Positions 31,732 to 41,675 of a DNA stretch of 41,978 bases are shown here, piece by piece. The notes under the pieces were generated by a model. The model had not been told where the DNA came from, did no database searches, and saw only the letters and a list, made by a program, of their open reading frames with translations. Location of the stretch: NCBI GenBank assembly GCA_016935525.1, contig JAFGQU010000022.1, positions 78,471 to 120,448 on the forward strand, written 5' to 3'. The stretch comes from Candidatus Omnitrophota bacterium. GTDB taxonomy: Bacteria > Omnitrophota > Gorgyraeia > Duberdicusellales > 4484-171. Both the position numbers and the translations under genes were made by a program. Numbering within the stretch: position 1 is the stretch's first letter; every line of letters begins with the position of its first letter.

Positions 31732-33586
31732 AGATATCCCTCCTACGGGTCGAAGAAAGGACAAGCATCCGTATCTGTTCTTCATTCTTTGCCCGCATAA
31801 AGTTTTTATAAAAATTATGTTCCCGGACTATCTGAGCGATAGCCATGAGCGTCCTGAGGTGAAAATTGCGTTCGTCTTTACTGCCGATCAATACAAAAGC
31901 TACGTGCACATCTTCCTGGCCTGGAAACACGATGCCTTCTTTGGAACGGGCGACCACTATATCGAATTTATGTTCTCCTTCGATCACGATATGCGGGATC
32001 GCCAATCCTTTTTCGATAACGGTAGTCGATTGAGCTTCTCTTTTTATCAACAGGTCTTTTATCCTAGCCTTATCCAGGTTAAGGTCTTGGGCAATCACAT
32101 CAGCTACATGAGAAAAAAACACTTCCCGGTGTATTCGCCCGGTGAGGTCAATCACCCGACAACTCTCAATAAGATGGTCAAACCGATCTTTGACAATATT
32201 ATCGCGTTTATGAAGGATCTCTTTCAGTTCTTCTTCCAGCGAGGTATCCACCAGCTCTTTAGCCGTGATCCGTTCCACAAGATGCATGAGCGCCGACTGG
32301 CGGGTAAATTTACGCGCCGATATAAAAAACCATACCAGGCTTACCGCGATAAAACTCAGACTGATCGCAAGCGGGATGATCCCCATCTCCACGATCAAAA
32401 AACCATAAACGATGAGTGCAAAGATCTGCATCCAGGGATAGGCCGGAGACTTGAATAACGGACGGTAATTTATGATCTTACTTTCCCGCATGATAATGAC
32501 CGAAAGGTTTTCGAACATAAACAGCATCAGCATCAAAGTCGAAGCTGTTTTCACCAATACCTCAAGATCAAGGAAAAGGATCAACAAAAGCATGAAAGCT
32601 CCAGTAGTCAGGATCGCCGCATAAGGAGTACGGAACCTCAGCGACACCCGAGAAAACCCTCCGGGAAGAAGCCCGTCTTTGCCCATCGCAAAAGGGATCC
32701 GTGAAGAAGAAAGGATACCGGCGTTTGCGGTAGTAAAAAACGCTATTAACGCGGCAATAGAAAGGGCCATTCTAAATCCGGAACCTCCGATGACCATCGC
32801 CCCGTAACTAAGCGGAGTCAACGTGTTTCCCATATCATGAGGACTTAAGATCCCGATGGTAACGGCGACACATAACACATAGAGGAGTTGGACCACGATG
32901 AACGCAAGAAACATTCCCCGCGGAATATTCTTTGAAGGCTGGTAGGTATCTTCGGCGATGGATGCAACTTTCGTCAACCCCCCATAAGAGATAAACACCA
33001 TCCCTACTACCCCCAGGAATGTTTTCATACTTTCCGGAAAAAAAGGCAAAAGACGGTCGGGCGAAACACTTCTCATACCCATGACTACATACGCCGAACA
33101 GATGACCAGCAGAAAAAGAACCATAATGTTCTGGACCCTCGAACTGAGATGCACACTGAAAAGATTGATCAACACGAAAAAGACGCAAAATCCGGCCGCA
33201 ATCAGTTTCGCGTATAGATAAAACTGAGGGTCACTGATCGGTTCGATAAAATAGCTCATGAACACACCGATTCCGACAAGCGCAAACGCACTTTTCAGGC
33301 TTAAAGAAAACCAGCTGGCTAACCCGCCGAAAATCCCTAAAAACGGGCCGAAACTGCGTTCGATAAAGAAATAAGTCCCTCCCGCTTTAGGCATCGCCGA
33401 AAGCAATTCCGATTTACTGTACATAGACGGGATCATCAAAAGGCCGGCAACAAAATAGGCAAGCACGATCGAAGGACCGCTATATCGATAGGCCAGCGCC
33501 GGAAGTACGAACAGGCCGGAAGAAATCATCGCACCGGCCGCGATACAAAAAATATCCCAGAGATTAAGGTTACGACGCAGGTTCAT
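31724..33586 (-). CDS. APC-family amino acid permease fused to a PTS EIIA (Ntr/Fru-type) domain
   Basis: GAMISSGLF, ELLSAMPKAGG.Y and many TMs; C-terminal RE...TT.I..GLAIPH with phospho-acceptor His. Confidence 0.88.
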   Translation of the reverse strand: MNLRRNLNLWDIFCIAAGAMISSGLFVLPALAYRYSGPSIVLAYFVAGLLMIPSMYSKSELLSAMPKAGGTYFFIERSFGPFLGIFGGLASWFSLSLKSAFALVGIGVFMSYFIEPISDPQFYLYAKLIAAGFCVFFVLINLFSVHLSSRVQNIMVLFLLVICSAYVVMGMRSVSPDRLLPFFPESMKTFLGVVGMVFISYGGLTKVASIAEDTYQPSKNIPRGMFLAFIVVQLLYVLCVAVTIGILSPHDMGNTLTPLSYGAMVIGGSGFRMALSIAALIAFFTTANAGILSSSRIPFAMGKDGLLPGGFSRVSLRFRTPYAAILTTGAFMLLLILFLDLEVLVKTASTLMLMLFMFENLSVIIMRESKIINYRPLFKSPAYPWMQIFALIVYGFLIVEMGIIPLAISLSFIAVSLVWFFISARKFTRQSALMHLVERITAKELVDTSLEEELKEILHKRDNIVKDRFDHLIESCRVIDLTGRIHREVFFSHVADVIAQDLNLDKARIKDLLIKREAQSTTVIEKGLAIPHIVIEGEHKFDIVVARSKEGIVFPGQEDVHVAFVLIGSKDERNFHLRTLMAIAQIVREHNFYKNFMRAKNEEQIRMLVLSSTRRRDIYG

Positions 33587-33725
33587 TATCTGTCGCTTTG
33601 CGGATGACAGTGATTAAAAAATGATTACAGTGATTAAAGAAATTGAGTATTTATAACGATTTTACACTCTTTAAAAGCACCTCATTATACCAAAAATAAT
33701 CTGGATTTACACCGAATTCTCTTCT

Positions 33726-34310
33726 CTACCGGGGAAGCGTACCGGAAGCTTTACGAAGATTATATTCGACGTACCCAGCAAGCACTTCCTGTACTTTGGT
33801 TGTCGGGGGGACTACAAAATAGTGGGAAATAACGGCATGAGCAATCTCATGGCCTAACATCCCTAAACTGAGGTCTTTTTCGGATATATAGATCGTGTTC
33901 TTTTCATGAATATAAAATGACCGTTCGGGAAAATCCTGGCCGAAATAAGCATAAAACATCGTACTCACCTCGGCCTGGTTAGAGACAAACACGATTTTAC
34001 CGTGATAACTGGAAAGCCGAATACCCAGGATATCGGATACCTCCTGATATATCCCATCGAGCGTATGCGCAAGAATCGAAGCCGGATTAAACGTATCGCC
34101 GCCTTGGCCCCCCAAAGCATCGAACCGGGCGAATTCCTGGTAATTCAGCCGGTTCAGCATACCGGAAAGGTCTGCTCCACTACGGGCGTACACGGTAAAA
34201 TATTTCCCTTTAGACAGTAAAGAATATTCGGCCGCAACGCACCGGCTACCTATGAATAGGATGATTACGCCCAAGACCAGGCTGAGAACTCTTCTTTGAA
34301 CGCATTTCAT
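33726..34310 (-). CDS. Exported protein with HEXXH zinc-metallopeptidase-like motif
   Basis: Signal-peptide-like N-terminus; LGHEIAH followed by QEVLAGY. Confidence 0.65.
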   Translation of the reverse strand: MKCVQRRVLSLVLGVIILFIGSRCVAAEYSLLSKGKYFTVYARSGADLSGMLNRLNYQEFARFDALGGQGGDTFNPASILAHTLDGIYQEVSDILGIRLSSYHGKIVFVSNQAEVSTMFYAYFGQDFPERSFYIHEKNTIYISEKDLSLGMLGHEIAHAVISHYFVVPPTTKVQEVLAGYVEYNLRKASGTLPR

Positions 34311-34879
34311 TATACTTTAAAACTATCCATAGCTCCTTCGACTTCACTCATAAGCTGCCAAAAACGGGTTTTATCTTCCGGTGAGAACACCGATTCTTTT
34401 TCAATAAAAAACCTTTTCAGGTTCTCTTTTTTATCTTTCATGACCTGATGTTTTTCCCGTAAACTTCCGCACATATCTCTCAGGCTTTTCGCGAAATCCT
34501 GAAGTTGGTCGTCGGACCGTATAGAAAAATTCCTCATGAGATCGCCCTGTTTAAGCCCGTCGATCTCCCGTTTTAAACGAAACAGGGGCCCGGCGATCTT
34601 ATGCGAAGCAAACAGAGTCAAAAAAAGCACCGCGACCGCGGCAAAAAAAGTAGCCGTCAAAATGGTACTTATCAATATCGGAAGGATGAATTCCGATGTC
34701 CGTTTCACCATGACCCTGGTGTTTTCTATGGCTACGGTCGTCGAGTTATAGGAAAGGAAAAACAACAATATCCCACTCAACACCGACGCCGCCAGGACGA
34801 TAAGACAAAACCTCATTATAAACTTACTTTGAAACGGTTTATCGATAAAATACTGTTTACGTTTAAATAACTGCGCCAT
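34310..34879 (-). CDS. Two-TM HAMP-domain membrane protein
   Basis: Two hydrophobic helices, then SHKIAGPLFRL..GDL..R.DDQL HAMP-like segment; no output domain. Confidence 0.75.
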   Translation of the reverse strand: MAQLFKRKQYFIDKPFQSKFIMRFCLIVLAASVLSGILLFFLSYNSTTVAIENTRVMVKRTSEFILPILISTILTATFFAAVAVLFLTLFASHKIAGPLFRLKREIDGLKQGDLMRNFSIRSDDQLQDFAKSLRDMCGSLREKHQVMKDKKENLKRFFIEKESVFSPEDKTRFWQLMSEVEGAMDSFKV

Positions 34880-34902
34880 TATCCGCCTCCTTTTTTTCTA
34901 GG

Positions 34903-35451
34903 TTATTCTTCCGGTTCTATTCCCAACGCTTTATAATCCACTTTAATCGTTTTACCGTCTTTCAGAGAAGAGATCCACTGAACCAACGCCTGGTTCTGTT
35001 TCGCTTTCAACAGAGACCATTTGATCTGGCTGTACACTTCCGAAAACTCTTTACCGGGATACATCTTCTCTTTATGCTTATCGTAAATCGCCTGGACATC
35101 TTGCTCGCTTACATCCACCTGAGCGGCCAGTTCTTTCATCTTTCGGGCCAGAGTCATCTTAAGCAGGGTTTGTTCCCAGAAAATCTGCACATCCTGCAGA
35201 AAATCAGGATCTTTATCCAGCCCCATTTTTTCGGATTCGCTCAATATGAGTTTACGGGCGACATATCTATCGAGAAACGCTTTTCGCGGCGGCATTTCTT
35301 CAGGGACAAATTGTAACGCTTCATACGCGTTCTCAAATTCCTGCTGAGTGACCGCAATATCCCCGATACGCAACACGATTTTTTCTTCTTTTGACCGGCT
35401 GCACCCGAGAACCAATAAAATAACGCACAAAAGGATACCTGTTTTTCTCAT
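34903..35451 (-). CDS. Lipoprotein, SurA/PrsA N-terminal chaperone-like (no PPIase domain seen)
   Basis: Lipobox LVLGC; FLDRYV.RKLIL.E.EKMGLDKDP.F; likely start ATG 35451 after GGAGG. Confidence 0.65.
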   Translation of the reverse strand: MRKTGILLCVILLVLGCSRSKEEKIVLRIGDIAVTQQEFENAYEALQFVPEEMPPRKAFLDRYVARKLILSESEKMGLDKDPDFLQDVQIFWEQTLLKMTLARKMKELAAQVDVSEQDVQAIYDKHKEKMYPGKEFSEVYSQIKWSLLKAKQNQALVQWISSLKDGKTIKVDYKALGIEPEE

Positions 35452-35508
35452 ACCTTTTCCTCCTCTTTTATACTTCAAAATATTTTTTAAAAAAGCACAA
35501 AACATTCT

Positions 35509-35605
35509 ACCACAGAGCTCACAGAGTTTCACAGAGATAATATCCTCACTCTTTCGATATTTAGACTTTTCATCTTTTCTCGGTGCTTTCTGTGTCCTCA
35601 GTGGT
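35509..35605. repeat. ACCACAGAG/CTCAGTGGT palindromic element (short form)
   Basis: Arms nearly identical to those at 17204-17231 and 17405-17431. Confidence 0.75.
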
Positions 35606-35655
35606 AAATAATGGTTTTCTTTTTATTATACTATCAGGAATGGGTTCTTAGAAAT

Positions 35656-35685
35656 AAAAAAACAGGAGATCTAAGCGATCTCCTG
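35656..35685 (-). terminator. Intrinsic terminator
   Basis: CAGGAGATC/GATCTCCTG 9-bp stem plus T7 on the minus strand. Confidence 0.75.
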
Positions 35686-35911
35686 CCTCGCTCCCTGTCT
35701 TATGACAGGGGAGGGGATTACCCGAAACCACTAAAAGTGGGAAGGAAGACGATTATTATAGTATTATGAGAATCCGTGGCGTCTTTAAGTAACCATACGA
35801 ATATACCATTTTAGGAACAACCATTTCAAGAAAATCTCCCGGGAAATCCGTAAACGATTACAAATGATAGAAGCGGAATCACGCGGATATACCGCGAAAG
35901 TGACCTTTGGC

Positions 35912-36214
35912 AACCACCCTTCCGGCAACACCGGATGTTGCCGGAAGGGTAAACGGGATGAGGGTTGTAAATATTAGCTAAATAGGATCAGTCTTTTGGC
36001 AACCTACGAAGTTGCCAAAAGGTACATATCTGCATAGAGGCTGGCTATATCGTGTGCGGAATAAAAAAAGAATAGGGGGAATAAAAAAAACCGGGGAACT
36101 CGTAAAAGTTCCCCGGTTTCTCAATAGTCTGTTTATCGATTATTCTGTAATCCCGTAATAAGATGAAGCTTTCTTTTTCAAATCGATATTATCGTTGATA
36201 AAATCATAGGCGCC
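35912..36214. repeat. 303-bp direct repeat, copy 1
   Basis: Near-identical to 41676-41978 (offset 5764). Confidence 0.95.
36083..36119 (-). terminator. Intrinsic terminator of the TpsA-like gene
   Basis: AAACCGGGGAACT/AGTTCCCCGGTTT stem plus T8. Confidence 0.85.
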
Positions 36215-39200
36215 CACATCCAGGTCTATTCCGTCAAACGCGGCCATATCCATCGGTGTTAACGGATGATAGGCATAAAAAGTGCTTGGGGTTACCGGCA
36301 AGAAGGAAACGATTCTATGGGTGTTTAGAATTTCATAATATGCCCGCAAATTCTTAGCAAATAAATCAGTAAAAGAGGGATTCTGCCCGGTCGGTACCGG
36401 ACGAGGCCAGATCTGAGCCATACCCTGATTACGGGCTGCCGGACCATACAACGAAGAACAACACTGAGCGTCAGTATCTTCATAGAACACATATCCCGAC
36501 GGATATAACGGATCATCGTTGGTGGGATATAACGCCGGCGACGGATACACACCGGAAACCGCAGTGACTCCGGGACGGACAATCCCTTTAATCATCCCGC
36601 TTACCCCCAGAGGACCATTCCCGTCTCCGGTATCGATTTTAAAAGTATCCGCGGTACTGCCGCCGATATTCAAAGTCAATCCTACCGGTTGTTTACCCCA
36701 TGGTGTCGATACCATAGGCGGCGAATAATCTTCGGGTAGTGCCGAATGTGATTCCGGTACTACTTGAATACACACTTCTAAAGGATTATATACTTGAGGT
36801 GAACCGGGGATTCCTACCCCGATCGTCCCTTCCGGTGTCGAAAAATATGAAGCGCCGCCGGCGATCACGTTGGGGCCTGCCGGCAGATCGGACGAACCAA
36901 ACATAACCGGTGAAAAATAGTCAGGCATATCAGCCCCTTCCTGAGCATACTGGCTCCATCCTTCCATCAAGAATCCTCGCAGAAGCGAAGGCATGCCAAA
37001 TTCAGGAGTTTGAGACAACGAGTAAAATTCACCGCCAATATCTTCTGATTCCGGCAAATACACCGATGGGCACCACCCCTGTCCGGCGTATATCGATCCC
37101 TGCTGGCTTTCAAGGAACACTCCTCCGCGAGGCGATATGATCGAATTCACGATTATATCTTCACCGGCCGTAATATAGACAATACCGTTATGTGCGGCTA
37201 CGGAAGCTCCGATTGCTGCGGTTTGTTCCCACTGTGGTTCAAGTTCACTGATATAGGCAGTATCCAACCCCTGTACACCAGGGTACGACAACTGTAATAT
37301 CGGTAAATAAAGGCCAATTTCGATATCATCATACTCGTTAATATAGACATCTCCTTCACCCCACGAATACGCGCTCACGATATCGACAAAAGTGTTCACC
37401 GGATTTTCGGCAATCCCAATGTTCCCATACGCTAACATTCCCAGATAATGGGCATACACATCGCCTACTTCATCATATATTGAAGCGTCATTTATATTTC
37501 CCAATAACGCCGCGGCAAGCACCATATCGGCATCAAGATATCCTAACGTAACATCGCCGTGGAGCGCCCCTAAAAGGATCGCGCTGTCGTAAGAATATTG
37601 GGTCACGATATCGGTCGGCATATACCAACAAGATATCAGACTTTCTAATGCGGAAATAGCATCAAGATTTTCATTTCCCTGAGCCAGTACATTCTGAGCA
37701 TATATATCCCCTGCCGCCAACATCGCGACACCGGCAAACGAATGTTCACTTATTGCCTGAACTGCACTTTCGGCGTTTATATTCCCGCCGGAAAGGAACA
37801 ATATCGCGGCTAATCCGTCGCGGCTTAACGCTTCTATTACGTTATGTTGCAAATTCATATCGTCGCCGGATGATAATTTCACTATTGCCGGCCCCTGATC
37901 GATTTTCGCCCGAATAACGCTATCGGAAACGTTCATTTTGTTACCCGCGCGCATATCGACAAGCGCGGTTTCTAATCCGCCCCGGGCTTTTGCTACAATC
38001 TTACTATTTTTTATCATTATGTTACGGTCAGCCTCTACATTCACTTCAGCATGGCCATGATTTTTCACTATCGATTTGATCTTGCTGTTTTTGACTTTAA
38101 TGTTTTTCCCGGCTGTTACATTCACTTCAGATCGGCCACAGGCTTTCACTTTAGCGATAACGTTACTGCTGCGGACAATAATATCTTTAACACAGCTGGC
38201 CAGCTTCACGCGGGATTCCCCTATAAATGTTTTCGCTTTCACAATAGTTCCGGCTAAAACCAGCCGGCCTTTTGCTTTAAGGTCGACGGCCGCCTGCCCC
38301 CAGCCTTTATTGAGAGATTTGACCGTACTGTTTTGGACTCTTATCTTCCCGTGTGAGTCCAGATCCACTAACGCAGAACTTTGCCCATAACGAGACATCG
38401 CTAAAAGTTTACTACGGTTTATGATCCTTATATCGCCGGTTTTCGAACGGGTATCCATTTCGATTTCCGAATGGCCCTGGCCGTTCACTAAAGCTTTTAT
38501 TTCACTACGATCGACCGTAATATCACCGCCGGAGGCCACTTTTACTTTCGCCTGGCCGTTATGTTGAGTTTCGGCTATGATCTTACTGTGTTTTATCGTG
38601 GTTTTGCCGTACCCGGTATAAATACCGGCAGAAGCCCATCCGAACTTAGTCTTTGATTTTATAAAGCTGCAGATAACATCCGCCTTATTTCTGGCCCAGA
38701 TCATGATGTTACTTGTACCGCTCCCGTTTACGTCGGAAGTAACCATACTCCTTTTTATTCCGACATTCGCTCCGGACAAAGAAACCGACGCCAAACCGTT
38801 ATTTTTTCCCAGGACTTTAGCGATTATACCGGTATTCTGCACGTCTACATTGTATTCGGCAGCCAGATCGATCCGGGCCTGCCCGTAACCGGTCTGTACC
38901 GCTCGAACCGGCCCGCGGACAAACATATTTCCGTTATTTACCGTAAGTTTTACGACAGCCGGGTCGAATATTCCGTTTCCGCTGGCGGTCATATTATACA
39001 CGTACGTATTCCCGCCGCTTACGATATCGATCGTACTGCCTAAAGCTTTTATATCGTGAAGCGTGATTCCGCTGAGTTCTTTCAGGTAAATACTCCCGTT
39101 ATCCGAACGGGCCCAGAGATCTTTGACTTCCGTATTTAAATAGTTGAACCCGTTACCGATATTTTCGGCAGCCTGAAGTTTCAACGATCTGGTAACGATA

Positions 39201-41236
39201 TTTAATGCCGGCCCGTTGACATCTCTGATCGAACCGGTTTGAGATGTGAGCGAAACAAACGCGGGATCGGATATATACCCGACATTCAGGTCGCCGACGG
39301 CCTTGATTTTGATATATAACGGTATACTGGTCGATATCGCTTCCCATACGGTTAGATCATCGATATCAAAAAGATCGATATATCCGCCGGAATACGCGTA
39401 AAGGTTATCGGCATCGATTTCCAAATACCCGATATTTCCAAAAGCGTTCAAGATAAGGGTTTCCGTTTCGATATCCAGGCCGGAATTCGCATCATTGATA
39501 GATCCTTGCGTATTCAAACTAAGAGTTTTTCCTCCTTGAGTCAGGACATCCACAACATCAATATTTCCCGTACCGGCATAAGGGGTTCCTCCCGGAATCG
39601 ATACGGAAGGATTTTGAGAATTAAGTCCTATAGATATCTTTTCACTTACGATAGCGTCCAGATCAGCGTCGGTGAGGTCGAACGTATACGGATTAAGATC
39701 GTCAATACCGAGTTCTATCGTCCCGTTAAGGCCGTTATTCGTAGAAGGTATGATATAGACCGTACCGCCTGCGGCGTCGACCGTCGCGCTATGAGAACCA
39801 TACGCTAACCGGACATCCGCTCCGCCTAATACAATACTCCCGCCGTGCGAATAAAGGCCGCCCATATCAAGAGGGTTCCAGGTAATACCTCCGTCATTAT
39901 TCCGGTTATAATCCGAGAGAAGAGCGATATTCCCGCCGCCGGTCACAATCGAATCATTATCTAAATAGATATTACGTCCGGCTTCCATACGAAACGTTTC
40001 CGTATCGAAATTAGCCAGATTCAGCTCATTGTCCGTGACAAAATCAAGGATAGGGATAAATCCCCATTTCCAACCGACAATCTCGAGATGCCCGGTAAGG
40101 CCGAAATAGATGTCCCGGTCAGCCTGAAGAGTGATATTATACCCGTCCTGACTTTCCAGCCAGTATTCCGATACTCCTTCATAGGTATGGGAAGGGTCAT
40201 AGCCATCCCCGGTCCAGCCGGAAAGGATATACAGGTCTAACGGATCGATCAGGAGTTCACCGGGTTTACCGTAAAGAGAAGACGCGTCGATATTTCCGTC
40301 GACAAATATTTTTATACCACAGATCTCAATATATCCGCCGTCAGCGCCGGGTTCTAACGCGCTCACATCGATAGTCCCGGTGGTCGACGCTAACGCATTC
40401 TCTCCGTCAGCATGAATATATACGTACCCTTTACTATTTTGAAGACTTTTCGCTTCAATAATACCTTCGTTATTCACCACTCGGTCAAAGATCCCGTCTA
40501 AGGCTTTCGCGGTAAGAATGATTTTCCCGCCGTCAGCTTTTATTGTCCCTGAGTTTTTCACGGCATCCGCTTTATTTTCCAGATTCTGAGTTGTCGCTTC
40601 ATCGACTACGACTGAAATAAGTCCCCGTGGGTCCATATTTAACGTCACGGCTTCGCCGGACGCGAGCGCGACAGTACCTAAGTCCGCTTCGATCACCCCG
40701 GAATTCTGTACGGTCGAACCGAGTAACGCGACGTATCCTCCGGGTGAAGAAATATACCCCTGATTCACGACTGACCCACCGGTGCCGTAAAAGGTATACC
40801 GGCCGGCAAGGAAATCGCTATCGGATATATTAAGAGTGGACGCGACCATTCCGGCAGTATCCATGACTGAACCCTGTCCGAACAGTATCCCGTTAGGATT
40901 GACAAGAAATATTTTACCGTTGGCGGTAAGTTTTCCTAAAATCGCCGACGGTTCAATACCGACTACCCGGTTAAGAGCGACACTTGATGAAGACGGCTGA
41001 TGAAAATTGACCGTTTCCGGATGAGCAATAGAAAAACTATTGTAATTGGCGATCATTTTCCCGGTAGCCTGGTTCACGTTCAACGTGCCCGGCTGAGACC
41101 GGTCGAATGTCGCGCTTCCCGCCACTACCTGCTCTCCCTGCGGCAACGGATAACTATGTAAAGGCAACAATACAAACGCGACGATAAGCATACAAGAAAC
41201 AACTCTGGACCATTGTTCATTCTTAAAACAATACAT
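36140..41236 (-). CDS. Filamentous haemagglutinin-like two-partner secretion exoprotein (TpsA)
   Basis: Signal peptide, LPQGEQVVAG, TPS motif LVNPNGI, beta-helix-like repeats; ATG 41236 lies 7 nt after AGGAGG (track uses TTG 41239). Confidence 0.9.
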   Translation of the reverse strand: MYCFKNEQWSRVVSCMLIVAFVLLPLHSYPLPQGEQVVAGSATFDRSQPGTLNVNQATGKMIANYNSFSIAHPETVNFHQPSSSSVALNRVVGIEPSAILGKLTANGKIFLVNPNGILFGQGSVMDTAGMVASTLNISDSDFLAGRYTFYGTGGSVVNQGYISSPGGYVALLGSTVQNSGVIEADLGTVALASGEAVTLNMDPRGLISVVVDEATTQNLENKADAVKNSGTIKADGGKIILTAKALDGIFDRVVNNEGIIEAKSLQNSKGYVYIHADGENALASTTGTIDVSALEPGADGGYIEICGIKIFVDGNIDASSLYGKPGELLIDPLDLYILSGWTGDGYDPSHTYEGVSEYWLESQDGYNITLQADRDIYFGLTGHLEIVGWKWGFIPILDFVTDNELNLANFDTETFRMEAGRNIYLDNDSIVTGGGNIALLSDYNRNNDGGITWNPLDMGGLYSHGGSIVLGGADVRLAYGSHSATVDAAGGTVYIIPSTNNGLNGTIELGIDDLNPYTFDLTDADLDAIVSEKISIGLNSQNPSVSIPGGTPYAGTGNIDVVDVLTQGGKTLSLNTQGSINDANSGLDIETETLILNAFGNIGYLEIDADNLYAYSGGYIDLFDIDDLTVWEAISTSIPLYIKIKAVGDLNVGYISDPAFVSLTSQTGSIRDVNGPALNIVTRSLKLQAAENIGNGFNYLNTEVKDLWARSDNGSIYLKELSGITLHDIKALGSTIDIVSGGNTYVYNMTASGNGIFDPAVVKLTVNNGNMFVRGPVRAVQTGYGQARIDLAAEYNVDVQNTGIIAKVLGKNNGLASVSLSGANVGIKRSMVTSDVNGSGTSNIMIWARNKADVICSFIKSKTKFGWASAGIYTGYGKTTIKHSKIIAETQHNGQAKVKVASGGDITVDRSEIKALVNGQGHSEIEMDTRSKTGDIRIINRSKLLAMSRYGQSSALVDLDSHGKIRVQNSTVKSLNKGWGQAAVDLKAKGRLVLAGTIVKAKTFIGESRVKLASCVKDIIVRSSNVIAKVKACGRSEVNVTAGKNIKVKNSKIKSIVKNHGHAEVNVEADRNIMIKNSKIVAKARGGLETALVDMRAGNKMNVSDSVIRAKIDQGPAIVKLSSGDDMNLQHNVIEALSRDGLAAILFLSGGNINAESAVQAISEHSFAGVAMLAAGDIYAQNVLAQGNENLDAISALESLISCWYMPTDIVTQYSYDSAILLGALHGDVTLGYLDADMVLAAALLGNINDASIYDEVGDVYAHYLGMLAYGNIGIAENPVNTFVDIVSAYSWGEGDVYINEYDDIEIGLYLPILQLSYPGVQGLDTAYISELEPQWEQTAAIGASVAAHNGIVYITAGEDIIVNSIISPRGGVFLESQQGSIYAGQGWCPSVYLPESEDIGGEFYSLSQTPEFGMPSLLRGFLMEGWSQYAQEGADMPDYFSPVMFGSSDLPAGPNVIAGGASYFSTPEGTIGVGIPGSPQVYNPLEVCIQVVPESHSALPEDYSPPMVSTPWGKQPVGLTLNIGGSTADTFKIDTGDGNGPLGVSGMIKGIVRPGVTAVSGVYPSPALYPTNDDPLYPSGYVFYEDTDAQCCSSLYGPAARNQGMAQIWPRPVPTGQNPSFTDLFAKNLRAYYEILNTHRIVSFLPVTPSTFYAYHPLTPMDMAAFDGIDLDVGAYDFINDNIDLKKKASSYYGITE

Positions 41237-41313
41237 CAAATATCCTCCTGTTTTTTACCGGCCGTCCAATTATATTTCGTGGATCATTCCTCTCGTTATT
41301 CATTTTTGGGGTC

Positions 41314-41351
41314 AAAAAAAATGCCGGATCACCTCATCTTGGCGACCCGGC
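41314..41351 (-). terminator. Riboswitch expression-platform terminator
   Basis: GCCGGGTCGCC / GGTGATCCGGC stem plus T8, overlapping the 3' strand of the aptamer. Confidence 0.75.
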
Positions 41352-41462
41352 TGCTCAACACTGATAAGGGCGATTTCCCTTAAAAGTGTTTGTTTTTATT
41401 GGTTCTAGTGTTGAGCCCGTGGCTTTCCGTCCTCCGGTTACCCGGAGTTTGGCTTTTTCCCG
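41338..41462 (-). ncRNA. Cyclic di-GMP-I (GEMM-I) riboswitch
   Basis: AAAAGCCAAACTCCGG GTAA CCGGAG GACGGAAAGCCACGGG...CAGCCGGGTCGCC fits the GEMM-I consensus with a GNRA-type P2 loop. Confidence 0.88.
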
Positions 41463-41675
41463 GTCAAATTGTCTATGAACAACGTGTATACCATATTTAC
41501 GGATACCATTTCAAGGATACCTCTCAGAATAAAAATTGGCATGAAATAGGCCCTGTAAAGACTGGCCTTAACCGGTCGTTAAATAACGCCTATTTTTAAA
41601 GGGCAGGATTTTAAGAAGAAAAAAATCAACCGTTTTCCGCCTGCGCGGTGAATAGGGCAATAAGGGCTAACCCAA

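Noticed and set aside
31712-32458. 248-aa plus-strand ORF and other plus-strand ORFs (e.g. 327-719, 3583-4206, 6781-7377, 17599-18072)
   Set aside because: Antisense shadows of well-supported minus-strand genes with no recognisable motifs
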